A stretch of DNA of 64,000 bases from Balanoglossus misakiensis (Eukaryota; Animalia; Hemichordata), in NCBI GenBank assembly GCA_040954595.2, contig CM082585.2, positions 8,263,404 through 8,327,403 on the forward strand. The letters are read 5' to 3'. A model generated the notes under the pieces. It saw only the letters and a program-made list of their open reading frames with translations. It was not told the origin of the DNA and ran no database searches. The position numbers were made by a program, and so were the translations under genes. Shown in pieces: positions 53,101-64,000 of the stretch. Position 1 is the stretch's first letter. Every line of letters begins with the position of its first letter.

Positions 53101-56100
53101 TTCCGAGATGATTACGACGACAGACATTAGGAAATTCGCCTCCAGTGAATGGTGAGAGCGACTGTTTGTATGTTGCATCAGTTCCAAGAAGCCAAAATAA
53201 TGGCTTGTAGGTTTAATCATATCACGAATATTTGAACACGCGATATTAACATACATGGGCTACATTTTAAACGCGCTCCAAGTATAGAAATAGAACGATG
53301 AATATTTGCTGGTGTCTGTCTGTCTGTATGTATGTATGTATGTCTGACTGCCTTGCCTGAAGCTTGTATGTAGGGCCTACAGTTCTGTCGTCTTTTCGTG
53401 CGTCCATTCAAACCACCGGAATTTGTTTTGCGGCTTTTATCATGTTTACTACAGCTGCCACTGACATCTCAAAAACAAGTATAGGGGATCTAAACCTAGC
53501 AGTAAATTCAACAACCTCAGTGCTTATTCCCAGACACGTGCAAATCATGTAGAATATGACTGTGACAGTCTGCAATGACAGGGCGAGTGGTGACCCAGCA
53601 TAAACTGTTTAGACGAAGTATACCACGCATGCAACCATGCACACAAACGCGATAACCAAGTAACAGCTGCCGCCGACGGCTTTCTATGCTCTGATAAATC
53701 GTTCCCCATCATCTCCAATGCTATCTCTCATCATAGTACAGCACAGGAGACGCAGTTGAGTTGTGCTAACTCTCATCTGTAATAACACACAATCTTAGAG
53801 GTGCTTGCGCATCATTTGGCGCTATCTCCCCCAGACTGCCAAGCTCCTAATACTGGTATCATGTCGTGCATCAGGACGGAATGACCCGTGGGCCCATTCC
53901 GATATTCCAAGACGTCAGTGTTCTCAAGCACGCATTCTCACTCGTCTCATTGTACCCAATGAGTTCTGACGCACTCTCATTATTTTGTATAAAAAGAGCA
54001 AAGTCACGATTTTGCCGGATTAGATGTCGCTGATCATATAGCTTTTGAGATGTTCTTTTCAACCTTAACCTTACACGAAGGATACAGTGTCGTTATTTTT
54101 AGACGGAAAAAAATCGTTCTTATCCATCATTAAGGAGGTCATTAAACCAACTTGAAGGCCTTATTGAGCTTACAGGCATGCGTATATACTGCAGTGTTAC
54201 CATGACAATTTAGCACGCATTGGGAAAAGGTTTCATCTATGTTCACTCTTTTCGAAGTATATTTACATGACTCATTGCGTTTGCCTGATGTTTGTCTTTC
54301 GCTCACGGTTTAATCGCGTTTGTCTGTCCATTGATGGTGAATATATGCCCTTGAACTTGTTGCTTAGGCTACGACTAAGATTATTGATTGGGTACGTTCA
54401 TTATTGCGATTTGTCTGACAATATATTAGAGTTCATTTAATCTTTCTCTATAGTTGTGTTTACACTGTCAAATGACAAATTGAATTTTTGTCGTCTCAGT
54501 TATCTATCGCGAATAGAGGTGTTAGCAATTAATGCTTCCCTTTCTGGTTATTGCCTGTTGACAATGTATGGTTGTAATGGGAAGGTGAACGCTACATGGT
54601 ATGCATTTAAATGTCGGTTGCTTTACCCGTTGAATCATAAAGACACATTTGTGATCACTTCTCCATCACCGGCAATCCAATATATGTTGTTTGCGTAATT
54701 TCACCAGACGGAAATATCAATACCCCCTTACCCATCGTGTTTCCCGTGAGAGCTGTGCTTCTTGGGCCAATCAAGGCGCTCTGAAATATTGATCGCGGTG
54801 TGTTTACTATTTCATATCGCCTGTCAAAATACGCACATCAAACGAACGGAGTCGATCATTTTATGTCTCCGAGATATTATTCTTGTTAGTTTCATATTAA
54901 TATTTTATTACGTGATGGCAGCACTGTCGTCTGTTGAGTCATATCGGCTTCACGGCGTAGGTGTGCAGTAAAAACCAAGCGATGAACTTGAATTGTGGAG
55001 GCCTTGGGTTTGATGGGTAGGTTAGAACAATGGACACGAGACGTAGGGTGGTATGACTCGACATAATAATGGTTCTGTAAACTATGATTCCTAGCTGAAT
55101 GTGCCAAAGGATGCGTAGACATCATATCCCTTAAGAACCTACCCATTTGCTGTCTCACCTTGTAGATCCGTCGTTTTAGTGCCCTTGTGAAAATAGAGGG
55201 ATTCAACAAATGACACGTTTTATGTGCAATAAAAATCCAGTCATATATCAGGAGAACTTATTTCCGCTTTATACGGACCCCAGACAGCTTTACTGTGTCG
55301 TTTCCGATCCAAGACAATTTAAGTTATCGACATGAAGTGGAGTCGTCTTGTACAGTGTTGGCCGTTAAATGCCCGAAGCTGTTCGTAGTCAATATATACA
55401 GCCTCATATCCTCGCGGCCGCTATGTCCGCGCGCTTCTCACGACTCAAGTTTGGTCATCATGAACGCCTCATCACTGTACGGTTGCTATACGTTTTTTGA
55501 AAAAGTATGCCAGTAGGGGCCTATATGATATTAATTAATCAAACACACTTCCCCCGAATATGCGGACACTTACATTTCCACGAATCGTTGCCATGGGGAA
55601 CTGAGAAGTAGCGAAATGATCGTAGCTAATCATAACGTGTTTACCCATCCGTTGTCTTTATCGTAGCAACGTCAGTCACCCATGTCTTCGCTTCCAATTT
55701 ATTAAGAATTTCAACGGGCAGTGCGCTGTACGTTGGAGACGGACTGACCAATGAACCATAGCAATTCGAAACAAATTAATGGAATGAGTTTTTGTGGAAA
55801 ATGGTCACCTCCATTCGTTTATATTGGAATTAAGCACAGGGGTAGCTGCAAATATCTCCTATCTTGTACAGCGCCACAAAACTTATCATTGTAAAATGTT
55901 TGTTTGTTTGTGTAAGTTTTTCTCCAGTCTGGTCCTATGCCCCTTTCTGACCGTCTGCTGGCGCTACACTCAGCGCAACCAGCGGCGAGAATGGGACAGG
56001 GGACCAGACCAGTTTTCTCCGGGATTCTAATTGCGTCCTCTCTCTTTGCACTCGACAGTCCCAGCGACGGAAGACGCCGGCGACTCCTCGGAGGAAGAAT

Positions 56101-56294
56101 CGGACGTCCTCTCCCCGGAAGAAGAAGCCAACATGCACCGCGAATTCACGAGACGAGAGTCGACCATGAGGAAACCGAGTCTCTTACCGCTGGGGAACAT
56201 CTTGGAAGAACTGGAGAACGACGAAACGGTGAGCGAGCTGGTCGCCGGGGACACCACGCCAAACCATGGCGACGTTTTGGACTTGCACATATGA
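47108..56294 (+). CDS. LDLRAP1: PTB/PID-domain adaptor, LDLRAP1 (ARH)/FAM43-like, 2 coding exons
   Basis: Exon 1 (47108-47765) encodes a PTB domain (FYAQYMG...IAYCAADMKFPKVFTFIAK...CYAFLCNKQEKARAMTLCLSKAFETAF) and ends in phase 1. Exon 2 (56059-56294) starts in phase 1 after a pyrimidine-rich CAG and encodes acidic SSEEESD plus EEEANMHREFTRRES. Joining the two across an 8.3-kb intron is inferred. Confidence 0.75.
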
Positions 56295-58731
56295 GGGACA
56301 AGCGGCTGGACAATGCGGTATCATCAAAATCAAACAGATTTGAACACTGCAGTAACACCTTTACTTTTTTTTCTACCGCTGCCGCCAGTCGACTGAGGGC
56401 AACAGTGGACATGTGATTCTGCTGTCATGGTGCAGAAAGAAGCATGAGACATGTAAAGTTGAGATCTAACAAATATATTTTCACTTGCATTGGCTACCCT
56501 CGCAAAAACGGCGCGCCATCACATGGTTACTAGAAGACTTTTAAACCATATATAGACTTGTGTAAATTAAAGGTCATTGTACTCAGTCATTCTGTGCTGC
56601 CTATAACCACAGTCACTCCACGATGAAATGCAGTGCAATGGTATACTAACTATCAATCTTCATTTGCCTACGGTGAACTTTAATTATTAAAATTCCCTTG
56701 TTCAATTCTACCTTGGTGATATCGTCTTCATTTTGCCTTTACATCTGTAGAATGAAAACCGGCGCGGCCTGCCACAAACAGTCCCATCCATATATTCAAT
56801 GTATCGAACAGCCTCAGATGCAGAAACTCCCAAGCTCCCACACCCACGCTGTCAGCACATGCGCACAAAGCTCACAATCACTACACAAACAAGAGAATTT
56901 TTGATAACGATATCGACTTTATAAGTACTGAAGATGATATTCTACGAAAATTATAAATAAAATGCCCTATAGGCTGTAGGTACAGAGAACGCTAACGCGA
57001 ACAGCGCGGAAGGAGGTTGCGTAAACAACGGAACAGCTGATCGATCAATCAGTAAGTGCACATTTTTAGCGCCAAATTCAAACGTTAGGGAAAGTGGTGG
57101 TTTTATCAACTCATGTGAAAATTCAGGTTGGAATTATACAGAAAAATATACAAAACACTTTATAATTTTTTATCAAGTCTTGCTAGGGAGTCTTGGGATG
57201 ATTGGTTTGCGTAACAGGAAAGTTTACGTATACATGCGCTCAAAATGTGCAGTTCGCCCACACACGAGTACCAGACTATAACAGTAACACGTGCACGAGA
57301 TGACTATGACGGAAAAGTGACATTGAAGTGGAATGCAAGTTTTGTTTATCGATATTACATGAGTTCGGAACCGGTTGTTGAGGTGAACTTGTTGTAAGAG
57401 GAATTAGGCAAGCAGCCGCGCTGGTACGCACCGGGAGATAAGACTTCGTCAGCACGACCTGATCATAACATTTTCGTACGCGCGCTACCCGATAAGCAGA
57501 CGACAGTTGCCGTTGATGGCCTGTTGATTGGTGATTGGAGCATGGAGGTATCCTTTTGACATTCAATTTATTATAAACTCCATTGTAACCATTTTACTCA
57601 GGTTATTTATATGTACATACAGAAGGTAAGTCGACTAGATATTCTTCTTATTTGCGCATTATTTATTACATATGCGGAGACTGTCTCACAATCTTGGTCT
57701 GTGAGCTATAGGCATAACTAGTGACAATTGTAAGGTTAAGCAACAGACGTTGGCGCCCTTCTGTCTTTCCTGCAGTGAACAAAGTGCATTGGATTCCTTC
57801 CGTTTCAAAATCTGATCGATTAGAGATCCTCGAGAAAAATAATGGAAAGAGAAATTTCGGTACGCCACCTTTGATCTCTGTGTCTGATATATTATATTTG
57901 AAAGATCACCCGCGAGTAGTTTGGCGCCAAATTGTAGGGAACGATCTACTGCACTGTCAGGGGGTTTAACGGTTTCTGAGAAATCTCGTGCATACGACAC
58001 AGTGCATTTGTATGTGGTGTACTTTGGCTCAGTTGTTGCAAACGAAAGATTTCACGACACCTTTTGATGAGGGTGTCATCACAGCCTGAAAGGGTGACCG
58101 AGTCAAAACGACATGGTTGGAAACAGCCAATCCCCATGATTGACAAAATGTGTAAAGTAAAGGTCACTGAAGTAACCCTTTATTCACACACACACCTTTG
58201 TGCAGAAAGTCCATAATTGTTGTATTTTCAGGGGAATCTGCTTCAAAAACATACATAACCAAATACGCAATACATGTACATGTATTTGGCCATCAAAGTA
58301 AACGCCGCGTTTTCCACATCACATACAATTTAATTTTGAACAGTTCCACACATACACGCAGACTACCCCACCCGCTGAACAAAGTCCATGGCGTTTAACG
58401 CTGGGACAGGTCACCACAGAAGCCCGACTCCCCCTGGCACAAAATGTAAAATTCCAACTTCAAGGGTCGATACTAGGCAAATCAGACAATGTGGTTAATA
58501 TCACATCAGATGTGTGGTACTGCCTCACGTGTTAACGACGCTCGCCGAATAAGCTTTTAATATTCGCATTTTTCCGTCACGGGGACAAACGGAAAGATGC
58601 TTATAATGCGAACCGAACTAGATCAGAGAGGTCAGTGTTGGCCCTGATGGTGGTAGGATCCACGTCCATATCCAGAGTTTATTTCAAAGTTCGTTGAACA
58701 TGGAACAGATTTGAAAACTTTTCTGAGGAAA

Positions 58732-61392
58732 ATGTCCGAAGGCGGTGATACTCAGGCCAGCAGCAATTACAGCGAGGAGTCTTTCTCGTGTCCCGTTTGC
58801 GAGAATGGGACGTTCATCGATCCAAAAATATTGCCATGTTTACACACAGCGTGCTCGTCTTGCCTGGGTGAGCTGGTGGTGAGAGAGAGAAGGAGCCGGT
58901 ATTTGATATGCCCGGTGAAGTCTTGCGGGGAGAAGGTGGTACTGGCGCCCGGCGGGGTGTCGGAGCTTCCCGATGACTTCTCGGCGAACAATCTGGCGGA
59001 CTTCGACGCTCTCCGCAAGGGAGAGTTCGAGCGCATCTGGTGCGGGAACTGCGACGATGAGTCGGCGGCCGAGAGCTGGTGCTCCACCTGCACGCTGTTT
59101 CTGTGCCCGGCGTGCCACTCGGCCCACACCCGCACCGACGTGTACCGATCGCACGAGCTGCACGCCCTCGGCGAGCTGCAGGGCGCTGCCGAGATGTCCG
59201 CCTACCTGAAGAGGGAAGTCTACAGCAAGCGTAACATTTGCGTCGTGTGCGTCGGGAAAGTTCAAGATCCGAAGATCCTACCGTGTTACCACACCGCCTG
59301 CCTGGCCTGTGTCGAGAAACTCATCGTTAAGGGAAAGGGGGCATATGCGCCGCCCTCCTTGCAATGCCCGGCCTGCGAGCAGCGGATTTTTATTCCCTCC
59401 AAGGGGGCCAGGGATCTACCGAGCGACGATTTGCTGGTTGACTTCGAGACGCTCCGCTACGGCCTTGCCGCTAACATCAAGTGCGGCAACTGCGCGGAAG
59501 GCGCGACCGCTGACTGCTGGTGTTCCACCTGCGGCGTCTTCTTATGCGAGCAGTGCCACGCCGAGCACAGCGAGGGAGGGAACTACACCGACCACAAAGT
59601 CTTCCCGATGACGGATCTGCAGAAGGCCGCCAAGATCACCTTGCTGCGACGCTCGATCTACTGCAAGCAGCACGAGAGGAGGGAGAAGAACATCTTCTGC
59701 GTGAAGTGCGACAAGCCGATCTGCGAGGAGTGCCGGGCGCGTCAGCACCAGGCGAAACACGGCCACTTCACCATGGCCTTGGACAAGGCCCTGAAAATGA
59801 AACGCATCCACGTGAACAGGCAGCTGAAACGCGTCAGGGCGAAGGTGAGATACGTCAACAAATCGAAGGAGAAAATCGACCACGACATGGAAACTTTGGT
59901 GGAAAATAACCGACTTGCTAAGGATGCTATCCATAGCCATTTCGAGGGTTTGGCGTTGGCGATTGAGAAATACAAGGAGAGATTGGAAAGCAAACTGGAA
60001 GTGGCGTTCACACTGAAAGATGGTTACCTGTACGAGCAACAGAAGGTCATATCCGAAGCGTGTGCTTCCTTGGAATCTGCGGCAGTGTTTACTGAAAGGG
60101 TCTATCACGAAGGGAGTGATGTTGAAATTTTGTCGGTTGCGAAACAGGTGTCCGAGAGACTCGACACGCTTCTGGCTACACCCCTGGTTGAGGACACCGC
60201 AAACGGACTGTCGCATCTCAAATTCGAGATCAACAAGTCGGCCATGGTGGAGTTTCGCGACGTTGTCCCGAAGACCGCGGACATCCTGACGTTCGGAAGG
60301 CTGCCGCCGATGGTGGTCCCACCGCCGGCGCCAGTGTCTTGCATCCGCACCTCGGCTACCGTGTTGGCGTTTGACGACGACCGGCGCTTCCGCAAGCTCG
60401 ACGCGAGCGAGATTCGGGCGGACATCCACGACCAAGACGGCGTCAATCTCCCCGTGAGGGTCGTCGGCAACTCCGACTCGACGTTCGAGATTCGCTTCCG
60501 ACCCCAGATCCCCGGCAAACACGTCCTGACGGTTCGGATCTCGGGCCGACCGGTCAAAGGGAGCCCGTTCACCATGGAGGTGGCTTCCAACAACCCCCTC
60601 CTCAAGTTCGGAGACGTGGGCGACGTCGCGCTGCAGGAGCCCATCGGCATCGCCGTCGACAGCCGGGGAAACATCATCGTGGCCGATCCGGTTAGCAAGC
60701 GGCTCGTCATCTACGACGATTTCGGCGACTACCAGAACCACATCGACGTCGCGTACTCGCACGGCAGCGGCGTGGCCGTCGATCACGACGACAACATCTT
60801 GAACGTGGAGTGGAACGGAAACCACGTCCACGTTTACAGCATCTACGGCGAGGTTCTGCGAGAGTTCACCTACGACGGGTTCAAGAAGCCCTACGGCGTC
60901 GCCGCCTCCAAGGAGAACCACATCCTCGTCGCGGACAGCATGGCTAACTGCATCTTCGTCTTCTCTTCACAAGGCGAGTACATCAAGCAGATCGGCGAAG
61001 AAGGCGGCGGCCCCGGCCAGCTGAAGAACCCGGGGTTTATAGCCGTCTCCAAAACCGGCAACATCGTCGTCTCCGACTTCGGGAACAGTCGGATCGTCCT
61101 CTACAGGCCGGACGGTAGTTTCCTGCGCCACATGGGGTCCGGCGCGAAAGGTCGCGGCCTGGTGCGTTTCCTGAGCGGCGTGGCGATAGACACCCTCGGC
61201 AACATCCTGGCCGCGGACGGCATCCCCAGCAACCGCATCCAGGTGTTCAACAGCAACGGCTCCTTCGTCTCGTCCATGGAGAGCGAGGACGACAAACTGA
61301 GCAACCCCCACGGAATCGCCTTGACCGGTGACGGCCATGTTCTGGTCGCTGACACGCGCAACAAGTGTGTGAAGAAATACCGCTACATGTAA
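58732..61392 (+). CDS. TRIM-NHL E3 ligase (TRIM2/3/71-like) with uninterrupted CDS: RING-Bbox1-RING-Bbox1-Bbox2-coiled coil-filamin-NHL
   Basis: Single ORF, 886 aa from ATG 58732. Two C3HC4 RINGs (DPKILPC-x-HTAC), two B-box1, B-box2 CKQH...CVKCDKPIC, coiled coil, filamin repeat (GKHVLTVRISGRPVKGSPF) and NHL repeats (PIGIAVDSRGNIIVAD, PYGVA, VSDFGNSRI, PHGIALTGDGHVLVADTRN). Confidence 0.93.
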   Translation: MSEGGDTQASSNYSEESFSCPVCENGTFIDPKILPCLHTACSSCLGELVVRERRSRYLICPVKSCGEKVVLAPGGVSELPDDFSANNLADFDALRKGEFERIWCGNCDDESAAESWCSTCTLFLCPACHSAHTRTDVYRSHELHALGELQGAAEMSAYLKREVYSKRNICVVCVGKVQDPKILPCYHTACLACVEKLIVKGKGAYAPPSLQCPACEQRIFIPSKGARDLPSDDLLVDFETLRYGLAANIKCGNCAEGATADCWCSTCGVFLCEQCHAEHSEGGNYTDHKVFPMTDLQKAAKITLLRRSIYCKQHERREKNIFCVKCDKPICEECRARQHQAKHGHFTMALDKALKMKRIHVNRQLKRVRAKVRYVNKSKEKIDHDMETLVENNRLAKDAIHSHFEGLALAIEKYKERLESKLEVAFTLKDGYLYEQQKVISEACASLESAAVFTERVYHEGSDVEILSVAKQVSERLDTLLATPLVEDTANGLSHLKFEINKSAMVEFRDVVPKTADILTFGRLPPMVVPPPAPVSCIRTSATVLAFDDDRRFRKLDASEIRADIHDQDGVNLPVRVVGNSDSTFEIRFRPQIPGKHVLTVRISGRPVKGSPFTMEVASNNPLLKFGDVGDVALQEPIGIAVDSRGNIIVADPVSKRLVIYDDFGDYQNHIDVAYSHGSGVAVDHDDNILNVEWNGNHVHVYSIYGEVLREFTYDGFKKPYGVAASKENHILVADSMANCIFVFSSQGEYIKQIGEEGGGPGQLKNPGFIAVSKTGNIVVSDFGNSRIVLYRPDGSFLRHMGSGAKGRGLVRFLSGVAIDTLGNILAADGIPSNRIQVFNSNGSFVSSMESEDDKLSNPHGIALTGDGHVLVADTRNKCVKKYRYM

Positions 61393-62624
61393 ATGGCATA
61401 TAACGTTGCCTGACAATGTCGGAGAGACTTCCGATAAAATTGACTGTAGCCCAAATAGATCGGTGTTTCTGGTCGATCTACCATGATTATACTGATTGTC
61501 CGCGTCACCGAAAGAAGCGACGGGTTTGACCGCACGATTCAAAGATGGGTATGCGGCTTGAACATATTCAGACTGAGATGATTTGTGTTTTGTTCTATGT
61601 AGGCCTATTATAAAGAGGCCATGTAATTGAAAATTTAGTGAATACATGGTCCACACTGTATTGCTCCAACAGAAATTCGACGATGCATCAAGTAAACATT
61701 ATTCCTATTATTCGCATTATACAGTGGACTTTGGTGTTCATAAACCTACTTCAAAAATTCAGAACTTTGATTCATCGGCAGTTTTAGATGACACTGATCA
61801 TAAAACGGCCAATCGACACTTTTATAATATCTGCAATTTGTTTCCATGGGATATTTTCTTACCTAAATGTATATTTAATGGACTAAATATAGTATTTCTT
61901 TTTAAACAAGACATAATATACTTGGCTGGGATGTATTTAAACTAACGTTTGCGTTTATTGTGAATCACATACTGAAAATAATCCAGAAATGTTTGCTGAA
62001 TAAAATTTATAGTATAAAGTGCATTGTGCATTGAACAGGTTGGGCTTTATTGCTTATGAGATTAGCTGAGAAGTTGGTTTTATGATGAGATAAACTATCC
62101 CCACCCTATTGAAGCAAGTATCTACTTGTAAATAACAAGTGCCCATGTGTATGTGGGGTCAATGGGTGATGGGGGCCTGTGATTTGTCGTTGTGGTCGTT
62201 GCACGAATTGCAAGATTACAAAATCGAAAGAAGCACTTATCATTAACTACCACAAATTAATTATAGTTGGCAATATTGTTTTGACATGTTTTGTTGGTAA
62301 CTATAGAGACGGATAATACACATAAGTACATTAAACGCTACTCGGGTCACCCCGGTGCTGATATTGTCCCCTTTGACCCGAAGGCGTCATATATTTTCTC
62401 ATTAAAAAGACAAATTTAAGCCCCCTTTTGTGGAATTCTGTCCGATTTAAAGTTCACTATTCAAACAGTTACTAAGTTTTAAGCGTACACAATGTTGACA
62501 TAACTCTTTCCTGCTTGCAGTGATGCAGAATTCTAGATGCTGATGTTGGCAGTGTTGAATATCAAACCTTGGTAGTTGGTTCATTGAGATCAACCATTAC
62601 AAATTTTGCTTGGTTCGTTTTCCC

Positions 62625-62657
62625 CAGTCAGTCAGTCAGTCAGTCAGTCAGTCAGTC
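62625..62657. repeat. (CAGT)n tetranucleotide microsatellite
   Basis: About 8 tandem CAGT units. Confidence 0.9.
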
Positions 62658-63384
62658 TCTCAGTCTATACATCTGTCTGTCTATACGTCCATCCGCCACA
62701 CTCCCTAATTTGAACTTTATTTTTTGTCTTGTATAGACACAATCTGGTAGCGTGCCATCCACTGTTTAGATGCTCGCACCTTTATGGTCAATCACCGGTG
62801 ACCACTTCAACTCTTTACTACAGTTCATTAAACTGATAACTCCTATCTCAGCATCAATTTATCGTATCAGTCACTCCCACCCGCTGAAACTTTGACCCGG
62901 ACTTTTCGGTCGTGAATACCTTTCAAGTTATGCTCAGGTTGAGTACACATCCATCAAACTGTACTGTTTTGTTGTGGTTTATTCTTTCGAATAAAATAGG
63001 GTAGCTCTTCAGCAGAGACTGAACGCCAGCTGAGCATTTTTCATATCGCAAAACTGTAGGCCTACATTGTATATGAGTGTCAACCGTCGGTTGTAATCAG
63101 GGGTTATCAAAATAACATCAAATATTTTAATGGCAGAAAGCAGATTTTAATGATAATGTACAAGTGCCAAGCCGAGCACCACTACACAAAAATGAAAGGA
63201 TCACACTAGAGTTAACATCATCTTGAGTATATGTAGTTATAATATTCGAAATGCAAATAATAAAGTTTTACTTGTTCGAGCCAAGTTCTTACACTTCTTG
63301 GAAACACAACTTCCTTCATAAGATTTACTGGTATTTGGTCAATAAGTCGATATAGATATTGTCTCTGAGTCCGTATCGGTATTT

Positions 63385-64000
63385 TCACAGATATCTGTAC
63401 TTTTTGACACACTTGTTGCCCGTGTCTGCCACGATCACGTTTCCGTCGCTCGTCGTGGCTATTCCCTGGGGGTCGGAAAGTTGGTCTCCGCCGCTGTCGA
63501 TGCAAGCCACGAAAGAGCCCTCGTGGGTGTACACCATCACCTGGTTCATCTCGTCGCAGACGAGCACGTAACCATGGCGATCCCTGGCCACCCCTTTCGG
63601 GTTGGACAGCTTCCCCCGCCGCAGGTCGCCGGCCGCGATCTCGTTCTCGAAGACGCCCTTTCTGTTGTAGGCCACGATCTTGTCGTTCCCCGTGTCCGAG
63701 ACGTAGACGTGACTGAAACTGCCGGGCTCCACGGACAGGAAAGTCGGGTCGCCCAGCTGCCCTTGCTCCGTTCCCGCGATGCCGAACTTGTGCAGCAGTT
63801 TCTTGTTCCTGGAGAAAACGAAGACGCACTTGACTTGGCTGTCGGCGACCACGATGTCGTCGTTTCTGTTCACGGAAACCCCGCACGGTTTCTTCATCTC
63901 CCGGTTCTCGATTTTCCCCTCCTCCTTCCCTTGATTCGTGTAGATGTGGACGCTGTTGTTGTTGTGTTCGCTGATGATCAGTCTCCCCTGGCGGTCGGCG
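63385..64000 (-). CDS. NHL-repeat C-terminus of a second TRIM-NHL paralogue (5' part outside the window)
   Basis: Open to the window edge. NHL repeats PCGVSVNRNDDIVVAD, VSDTGNDKI and PQGIATTSDGNVIVADTGNKCVKKYRYL* closely match the end of the 58732-61392 gene (DTRNKCVKKYRYM*). Confidence 0.88.
   Translation of the reverse strand, partial: ADRQGRLIISEHNNNSVHIYTNQGKEEGKIENREMKKPCGVSVNRNDDIVVADSQVKCVFVFSRNKKLLHKFGIAGTEQGQLGDPTFLSVEPGSFSHVYVSDTGNDKIVAYNRKGVFENEIAAGDLRRGKLSNPKGVARDRHGYVLVCDEMNQVMVYTHEGSFVACIDSGGDQLSDPQGIATTSDGNVIVADTGNKCVKKYRYL

Noticed and set aside
59542-60921. 459-aa antisense ORF (and similar ORFs at 60105-60710, 60967-61656, 63218-63886)
   Set aside because: Shadow ORFs caused by the high GC3 codon bias of the TRIM genes; no domain signal.

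Overview
Eukaryotic (metazoan) genomic DNA: GT-AG spliced genes, AT-rich introns and AATAAA signals. The gene set and repeat style suggest a marine invertebrate, possibly a deuterostome such as a hemichordate (inference only). Gene order: 3' end of ATG4 (+); S28-family serine peptidase (+); MED4 (-) head-to-head with EIF4E2/4EHP (+); phospholipid scramblase (-); a small matrin-type zinc-finger gene (+); a degraded palindrome-flanked element; a ~14 kb tandem array of ~549-bp units; CNBD2-like gene (+); UVRAG (-) with a telomere-repeat MITE in intron 1; a candidate 84-aa single-pass membrane microprotein (-); LDLRAP1-like PTB adaptor (+); and two convergent TRIM-NHL paralogues, one with a duplicated RING-B-box module. 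The most unusual feature is the 549-bp array (26 palindrome cores, 18.7-32.8 kb). Each unit combines nested perfect palindromes with a minus-strand A-box/B-box/oligo-T (Pol III-like) cassette. The array shows higher-order block duplications and abuts a possible tyrosine-recombinase (Crypton-like) remnant. Exon coordinates were read by eye and may be off by a few bases.
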